Positions 56,201 to 64,000 of a stretch of 64,000 nt of DNA are shown piece after piece. Position numbers and translations under genes: made by a program. The number at the start of each line of letters is the position of its first letter. The first letter of the stretch is position 1. The notes beneath the pieces are model-generated. The model did no database searches. It saw only the letters and a list, made by a program, of their open reading frames with translations, and was not told the DNA's origin. This DNA is from Rebecca billardiae RCC1528 (taxonomy: Eukaryota > Protista > Haptophyta): NCBI GenBank assembly GCA_965240325.2, contig OZ251235.1, forward strand, positions 1,054,001 through 1,118,000, written 5' to 3'.

Positions 56201-56562
56201 GAGCCACCGCGCTGGTCAGCATCAAGGCAGTGCTCTCGCGTGCGTACATCAGCTTTGCCGGGCGGCGGCTCTTGAGCATGCGCGCACGCGCGCGCGCGGC
56301 ACCACAGGCGCGAGCGAGCGAGGCGCTGCCCAACGTAGAGCGTCCATGGCGCTCAACACGCGAGCTCGTGCACCAGCGCGCTTCAACGCGGGGGGGGCGG
56401 GCCGGTATCGCGCTTGGCGGAAAGCGTCGCACGCGAGTAGCGGAGCCGTCGCCCGTCGGAGCCCACGGGCAGCCTGCCGAGACGAGAGGTCAGGGCAGCC
56501 GCCTTGGCCTGCCCTGGCCGCGCCCCAGTGCGGGCCGAAACGCGGCGCCTGGGTCAGGGCAG
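53300..56562. mobile_element. Large fold-back element: left arm 53300-53344 + 54424-55335, right arm 55614-56562, 278-bp spacer
   Basis: Arms are near-perfect reverse complements; the ORF track shows mirrored ORFs. Confidence 0.8.
53345..54423. mobile_element. Non-autonomous long-TIR transposon (400-bp TIRs, CAAGGG...CCCTTG) with TSD GGCGCGG, inserted in the fold-back left arm
   Basis: Arms 53345-53744 and 54024-54423. Duplication at 53338-53344 and 54424-54430. The empty site is visible in the opposite arm. Confidence 0.88.
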
Positions 56563-57879
56563 AGGCCGCTCGAGCGACTTCGTGTCAGGCGAGGCAGATC
56601 GCGCCAGTGCGAGGCGAGGCAGACGCTCGCCTGCCTCGCCCAGCAGGCGAGGCAGCTAAGCTAGTAAAGCCGCGGCCGAACTTTACGAAAGCCAAATGTC
56701 TGCCGGTGCGCCGCCCGTCTTTGCGCACGGTGACAAGGGCGCGCGAGGGCGCTTCCTCACGATCCCGAAGAGCGCTGCGCGCGGCGTCGCGTTGGCGGCG
56801 GCAGCGGCGCTGGGGTGTATCTTGCCCATTCTGCTTGGCGGTGCGCGCTCATGACGCCTCGGCCGCCGCCACGCCATGCGCGACCGGGCGTGTCGCCTTC
56901 TTGACGGGCAGTGCACACGCCCTTGCAAGCGCACAGCCGTGAAGAGCCGAGAGCGTCCGTCGCGCGCACGCCGCCCACGCGGGATGCTTTGTGTTATCAA
57001 CGAAGCCACCTTGCCCATGCGCTCCGCCGAGTTCGCCATGCGTTCAGAGCAGTCAAGATCGCTGAACGAGAGGATGTCATCGGCTGAAATGCAGGTGAGC
57101 AGTGGTCATCGTAGTTGCTACCCATGGTCATCATGGCTCGCACATGCCAGAGCGCGATCGCTCAGTGTCATACGAATAGTCCTGAAACCTCATCCCAGGA
57201 CTATTCGTATGACACTGAGCGATCGCCCGGGGAGCACGGGGCAGGTACGACCCTGGACGACGCCGCAGCGCCAGCCGCCGCCAGCCAGCCAGCTGGCTCG
57301 AGCGGCAAGCGCGTACGCGACCGCCCGGGGAGCACGGGGCAGGTACGACCAGCTGCTACCAGCGGCTGAGACTGCCAGCTGACATCCGGACCTGCACCAT
57401 CGCCCTCGCTCGGGGCACAGCAGGGCCATGCGAGCCGCGCAGCGCAGGTGGATCGCGCTCCAGCAGCTCAAGGCCGCGCTCAAGCTTTACGATCGCGGTG
57501 CAGGCTATGCTCTGCCACCAACGCCGACTTCGTGTCGACGATCGGGCACTGCCGCCGACGAATCAGGAGACCCGCGTCGTCCTACCTGTGTCGTTAAATC
57601 ATAGAATGAGTCTAACGCCGGGGCGCGCCCCTCCAAGTGTGCACGTTAATTAAATCATAGTAAACTATTATCATCATCAACTTTTATTAGTGAATCTCGT
57701 CATTATCATTATGCCGCTTATGATCATAATCAGCTACCATTCAGGCGGGCATTGCCGGGTTGCACCCGGCAATGCTGCATTCACCCCGGTCCTACCGGAA
57801 TGCAGGGCTCGCCCCGCTGGCCTACAGCTCTGTGACCAGTCAGCGCCGCGCGCCACATAACAGGCCACCACGACTTCAT

Positions 57880-58735
57880 CAATACTGCTGCACGCATGAT
57901 GGTACCAGTAGTGACAGAGTACTGGCGGTACCGTGCTGCGCGCATGGTATGGTACTGCTGGGCTCGTGGTATGGCACTCACATGGTCGCATGGTATGGTA
58001 CTGAGTGCACGCATTTGACATGATTGGTACTGTTTATTTGTTTTAACGTGCGTAAGGCTCACGGTGGCAGGTTGCCGCGCCATCCTTCATCGCACGCTCT
58101 CCGAAGAGAGACCTGGAAACCAAACCCCCAGTTTCCAGGTCTCTCTTCGGAGAGCGTGCGATGAAGGATGGCGCGGCAACCTGCCACCGTGAGCCTTACG
58201 CACGTTAAAACAAATAAACTGTAACTGGTACTGCTGCGCGCATGGTAGTATGCGGTACTGCTGAGCGCATGGTATGGTACTGCTGCATGCATGTAGTACG
58301 CATGATGGCCGTAATGGTATGGTACTGCTGCTCGCATGGTATGCAGTACTGCTGCGCGCATGGTATGGTGGGTACTGCTGCGCGCACTGTAGCTAGTGTG
58401 GAGTACTGATGCGTGACGCATGGTATGGTACTGCATGGTCTATGTTATGGCCTACTGCTGCGCGCATGGTATGGTACTGCTGCGTGCATGATGGTATGGT
58501 ACTGCTGCGCGCATGGTATGGTACTGCTGTGCGCATGGTAGTATGGTACTCTGCTGCACGCATGATCAGGTATGTACTGCTGCTGCGCGCATGGTATGGT
58601 ACTGCCGCGTGCATGGTATGGTACTGCTGCACGCATGATGGTATGGTACTGGCGGTACTGCTGCGCGCATGGTATGGCACTGCTGTGCGCATGGTATGGC
58701 GGTACTGCTGCGTGCATGGTATGCCGTACTGCAGT
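57880..58735. repeat. Minisatellite, ~21-25-bp unit GCATGGTATGGTACTGCTGCGC
   Basis: Dozens of degenerate tandem units. Confidence 0.9.
58030..58221. mobile_element. Palindromic MITE (89-bp perfect arms, 10-nt loop) flanked by TA
   Basis: 58032-58120 is the reverse complement of 58131-58219. Ends are TA|CTGT...ACTG|TA. Confidence 0.8.
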
Positions 58736-59433
58736 GCACGCAAGAAACAAGCGCGCAGGTGGTGGGAGAAGCAAGCAGAAGCAAGCGCGCAGGTGGTGGG
58801 AGTGCTCGCAGGTGGTGGGAGAAGCAAGAAGCAGCAGCTCGAAGCAGCAGGCACTCCGATGCGGCACCTCCCGAAGCTGCTGCATCCTTCTGACCGCCCG
58901 CGGTTTGCGGACGAAGCGTCCGCGACTGCGAGCCGCACGCGCACGCGGTGCGCGCAGCGGTCATGGCGCTGGGTCCGGCGAGCAGCCGGGGTGAGGTTCA
59001 GGTACGAGGGGCACACACTATTCCGCATGCGCCTTGGCACCGACCACGCGCCGCATCCACTGGGAGATCTGCGGCCGCAAGAAGCGCGCGCCTTGGCGAG
59101 GGCGAAGCATCGTAGACCCGCCTGCGCGCAGTGCTTCCGCACCGCCGCCGGGGCGGTCCGGCACTTTGCTTGGTGTTTGTCCGGCTTCCTCAGCATCATG
59201 ACATCATCACAGTCCTCACTCCTTCACCGATCACTGTGCACCGATCTCTTGAAGGGAGCGAGCAACGGAGGACGCTGTTTTTTATTCTGGTGAACACAGC
59301 TTTAAACAATTTTAATTCGTGAGAAAGCCCTGGGAGACCCAGCTCCGACCCCCTTTAATTGTGTGTGACGTACTGATGGGGAGAGTAATACCGGAGTAGG
59401 AATACGAAGAATGGGGCCTCAAACGTTTTTTGA

Positions 59434-59530
59434 TTAGGCACGCCTCGGGAATCGAGAACGCACTTGGTTAATTTTTGCGCCAATTAGGGCACGCCTCGGG
59501 AATCGAAGCGCATGTGGTTAATTTTTGCGC
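59434..59530. repeat. Two tandem ~48-bp units
   Basis: ggcacgcctcgggaatcga...tggttaatttttgcgc occurs twice. Confidence 0.8.
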
Positions 59531-60199
59531 GCGCCGCATAGAGATGTCGTTGCGATTCCCACAAATCTGGCGGCGATCTTAGCGGTACCCCCTTCTTACC
59601 CAGTTCATACCGCCTATACAATACGGTAACGGTACGGACCTGGCGCGCCTCGCCGTGCACCCGCACGAGGCCACGCCCCCCGGCGCGCGCGCGCCCGCGG
59701 CCTCGCACCCAAACTGCGAGACGCCGGCAGCGCTCGACGCGTGCCTCGCGCAGCGCGGCTGGCGAGCACGCTGAACGGCGTGGACGAGGCGCGCAACGCG
59801 GAGCGCCGCGAGGGTCACGCCGCGCGTCGAGCCGAACCGCGCGCGGCGCGCGAGGCCGCCGCGACCGACGCGGTCGCGCGCCATCTGGGCGTCCGGCGGC
59901 AGCAGCGCGCACGACGTGCGGACTGCAGTTGCTGCACGACTACCACGCGTCGATGGCCGACGCGCGCACGCACGGCGTGATCGGTGCGTGCCGTTGCCGT
60001 GCCGCCGTGCCCGAGCGGCCGTGCGCAGCGACGACTGCATCGACTGCATCGACGCGCGCCTCGCTGGCGCCTCGGTGGGCCTTGCAGAACTGGGAGAGCC
60101 ACGCTGCCGCACCTGGCTAATGGCTAAATCGCACACGCGACGCGCGAAGACGCGGCAGCTTGGATGATACCGTTAGTCAGCGCTGAACGGCCAACTCGT

Positions 60200-63100
60200 C
60201 TCATCGTCGTCGGGTCTGCCGGCCCTGGCAAGCTTCTCCGTCGCGTCCTAGACGCGCTGTGTTCGACCAGCCCCACCGGGAAAAGGCCGCTAGGCCCCCG
60301 CTGTTTATCAGCTCTTGCTCCGCTCGGCAGATTGCTCAGCTCCCCATAGAGCCCGGACTTAAAAAGTCCGGTATCCATGGAGAAAGAGATGTGCCCGCAG
60401 CGGAGGAAGAGCCGACCCAAGGCCTGCCAGTCGTGGGCTGGCCTGGGAGTTTGCTAACACGGCGGCACAGGCAATCGTCATCGTCGGATCTGTTCTGAGC
60501 AGCAGGTTGGCAAGCACAGCAGAAAAGGTTGGCAAGCACAGCAGAGACTGCCCCAAACACACAGGTGAGCACTTCTCTCACACGAGCCACAGCGTCGCAC
60601 GTGCTCGGCAGCGGTCGAGCGGCACACGAAGACAGAAGAGGCAGCACGAGCAATGGCAACACGAGCGTTCTGACCAACAGGTTCGCAAGCACAGCAGAAA
60701 CTGCCCCAAACACACGGGCGAGCACCTCTCTCACACGGGTAACAGCCTCGCACGTGCATGGCAGGGGTCGAGCGGTGGCACGAAGACAGAAGAGGCAGAG
60801 ACAGAAGAGGCAGCACCAGCAGTGGCAACACGAGCGGCGACGGTGCGGTGGGACGTGTCAACAATGCCAGCGCGGTGCATGGCACACAGGTCCGTCGCAT
60901 GGGCACGCACAGCAAGCATCATCCGGGCCGAGCAGCACGCACGCATGCGTGGGCGCAGTGCCGCGCCTCGTTCACCAAATTATTGGTGGCACGGTGGATC
61001 CGACGACGCGGGGTTGGGTTTCGTCCTGATGCGCGCAGTAAATTGAAAATGTGGCGGGAATAACGATATGAATGTGCGCGAAGCTCGTTGCGTTACGACG
61101 AAACTAGTCAGCTGGCGACGATGGCGGCGCCGACGCGAGTCTCGACACGCACGAGCAGCACGATGTCGCGCCTAGCGCGGCAGGCAGCTGCTCGCACGCT
61201 GACGCGACCTCTTCCGTGACTGCCGACACAGCAGCTGCCGAGCCAGCGGGCAGCTCGAGCCACCCCGGCAGCGTGCCGCACGCCATCGCAGGCGTCTCAT
61301 CCACGGGCATGATGTGCCTGGGCGACCGCCACAGCGAGCGATCCTTCGCACCGGAGGAGGTCGACTGCCTGCGCACCAAACTGTACGCGCCGTAGGCGGC
61401 CGAGGCACAGACGGGAGCGATCCTTGTGCTTGAGACCGGCATGCAGTACGACTGAGACGACAGGGTCAACCTCATCGGATGCTGGCCAGCTGGGCGCTGA
61501 TGACGTCTGATCACTGATGCGAGTGCGCGCGCGTCTGAATATGTGTACGCACACCTCAATATGCTGATGGCAGCGCTGACGATATACTCTCGCATTAAGA
61601 TGTCATACTCCACAGTAGCAGTGCCTGGCGTCAGACCCGTCAGTGCGGAGCGGTTGGCCCGCGGCCGCGCGAAACGGCCGGCGTACCGGCCGCACTGTGA
61701 GACATCAGACAGTGAGTGATTCAGACTGCGGCGTTATAATGTCGGGGCGCACAGACCGATCCTGAGCGTCGCTCGCCACAGCGCGCGAAACATTTCGATC
61801 GTCATCATTCATCATTGTCGTTCGTCGCCAGCCACCTTAATGCTGCGAGCGCACTCATCGTCGTCGGGTCTGCCGGCCCTGGCAAGCTTCTCCGTCGCGT
61901 CCTAGACGCGCTGTGTTCGACCAGCCCCACCGGGAAAAGGCCGCTAGGCCCCCGCTGTTTATCAGCTCTTGCTCCGCTCGGCAGATTGCTCAGCTCCCCA
62001 TAGAGCCCGGACTTAAAAAGTCCGGTATCCATGGAGAAAGAGATGTGCCCGCAGCGGAGGAAGAGCCGACCCAAGGCCTGCCAGTCGTGGGCTGGCCTGG
62101 GAGTTTGCTAACACGGCGGCACAGGCAATCGTCATCGTCGGATCTGTTCTGAGCAGCAGGTTGGCAAGCACAGCAGAAAAGGTTGGCAAGCACAGCAGAG
62201 ACTGCCCCAAACACACAGGTGAGCACTTCTCTCACACGAGCCACAGCGTCGCACGTGCTCGGCAGCGGTCGAGCGGCACACGAAGACAGAAGAGGCAGCA
62301 CGAGCAATGGCAACACGAGCGTTCTGACCAACAGGTTCGCAAGCACAGCAGAAACTGCCCCAAACACACGGGCGAGCACCTCTCTCACACGGGTAACAGC
62401 CTCGCACGTGCATGGCAGGGGTCGAGCGGTGGCACGAAGACAGAAGAGGCAGAGACAGAAGAGGCAGCACCAGCAGTGGCAACACGAGCGGCGACGGTGC
62501 GGTGGGACGTGTCAACAATGCCAGCGCGGTGCATGGCACACAGGTCCGTCGCATGGGCACGCACAGCAAGCATCATCCGGGCCGAGCAGCACGCACGCAT
62601 GCGTGGGCGCAGTGCCGCGCCTCGTTCACCAAATTATTGGTGGCACGGTGGATCCGACGACGCGGGGTTGGGTTTCGTCCTGATGCGCGCAGTAAATTGA
62701 AAATGTGGCGGGAATAACGATATGAATGTGCGCGAAGCTCGTTGCGTTACGACGAAACTAGTCAGCTGGCGACGATGGCGGCGCCGACGCGAGTCTCGAC
62801 ACGCACGAGCAGCACGATGTCGCGCCTAGCGCGGCAGGCAGCTGCTCGCACGCTGACGCGACCTCTTCCGTGACTGCCGACACAGCAGCTGCCGAGCCAG
62901 CGGGCAGCTCGAGCCACCCCGGCAGCGTGCCGCACGCCATCGCAGGCGTCTCATCCACGGGCATGATGTGCCTGGGCGACCGCCACAGCGAGCGATCCTT
63001 CGCACCGGAGGAGGTCGACTGCCTGCGCACCAAACTGTACGCGCCGTAGGCGGCCGAGGCACAGACGGGAGCGATCCTTGTGCTTGAGACCGGCATGCAG

Positions 63101-63500
63101 TACGACTGAGACGACAGGGTCAACCTCATCGGATGCTGGCCAGCTGGGCGCTGATGACGTCTGATCACTGATGCGAGTGCGCGCGCGTCTGAATATGTGT
63201 ACGCACACCTCAATATGCTGATGGCAGCGCTGACGATATACTCTCGCATTAAGATGTCATACTCCACAGTAGCAGTGCCTGGCGTCAGACCCGTCAGTGC
63301 GGAGCGGTTGGCCCGCGGCCGCGCGAAACGGCCGGCGTACCGGCCGCACTGTGAGACATCAGACAGTGAGTGATTCAGACTGCGGCGTTATAATGTCGGG
63401 GCGCACAGACCGATCCTGAGCGTCGCTCGCCACAGCGCGCGAAACATTTCGATCGTCATCATTCATCATTGTCGTTCGTCGCCAGCCACCTTAATGCTGC
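60200..63500. repeat. Tandem duplication, 1654-bp period (60200-61846 and 61854-63500)
   Basis: Apparently identical copies; ORF-track entries repeat with a 1654 offset. Confidence 0.95.
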
Positions 63501-63743
63501 TCGCTGCGCTCGCAGCTGATCAGTGATCTGATCTGAGCTCCCAGCTACCCTCCATCACACCTTACGAAGCTGAAGCACCTAGTCACGGGTCCTTGCTCTC
63601 TTGCCGAACCGTGAGGAACCGGAAGCAACCGAGAGGAAGCTGAAAGCAGTGTAATTAAAGCACCTTCACTGGTCCTTGCTCTCTCCAGCTTCATGTTGAC
63701 CGGTTTCCAAGCAACCGGGAGGAACCGAAGCATACGGGGAGGC

Positions 63744-64000
63744 CAAGGGTGGTCAGGGTCGCCGACTCCAGCGGAGTCCGGCGCCGGAACTTCAGCACCG
63801 ATTTTTTGCGGCGGCGCGGCGTGCGGGGCCGCTGCCGCTGTGGCGGGCCGCTCGGGGCGTGCACGGCGTGGGCTCGTGCGGCCGCTGCCGCGCACGCCGA
63901 GCGATCCGGCGCGGGCTCGCGGCTTGTCGATGGCCTCGCGCGCCGCAGCGCGGCGCGCGCCTTGCCTAGCTTCGCCTGTCTCGCGCCTTGGCCGCCGTGC
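63744..64000. mobile_element. Diverged copy of the CAAGGG TIR (as at 53345), truncated by the window end
   Basis: caagggtggtcagggtcgccgactccagcggagtccggcgccgga... is collinear with 53345-53600. Confidence 0.88.

Overview
This is very GC-rich, intron-containing eukaryotic DNA with short GC-rich GT-AG introns and Ala/Gly-rich inserts in the proteins. It looks like a haptophyte-type microalga, which is an inference. Positions 1-48 kb are gene-dense with mostly head-to-head gene pairs: the 3' part of dynein-2 LIC, a sulfotransferase-like protein, RPC25, an ~11 kb NRPS/PKS hybrid, an Fe(II)/2-oxoglutarate dioxygenase, DnaJ with UIMs, a PAXBP1/GCFC2-like protein, a DUF5690-like transporter, an EsV-1-7 Cys-repeat protein, a secreted beta-propeller hydrolase-like protein, a ZNFX1-like helicase fused to three CbbX-type AAA modules, a beta-hydroxyacid dehydrogenase interrupted by an in-frame TGA, a hypothetical protein and a BART+START protein. 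Positions 48-64 kb are mostly repeats (satellites, a 200-N gap, nested fold-back TIR elements, a MITE hairpin, a 1.65 kb tandem duplication) around one PAP2 phosphatase gene. The standout is the megasynthase. Its domain order is TE-A-PCP-KS-AT-TE-KR-ACP, it has no C domain or terminal TE, and its A domain is of the zwitterion (betaine/DMSP) type. This matches Burkholderia BurA (gonyol synthase). It is divergently paired with a 2OG dioxygenase that could play the role of BurC, so this is a candidate algal DMSP -> gonyol -> hydroxygonyol mini-cluster.
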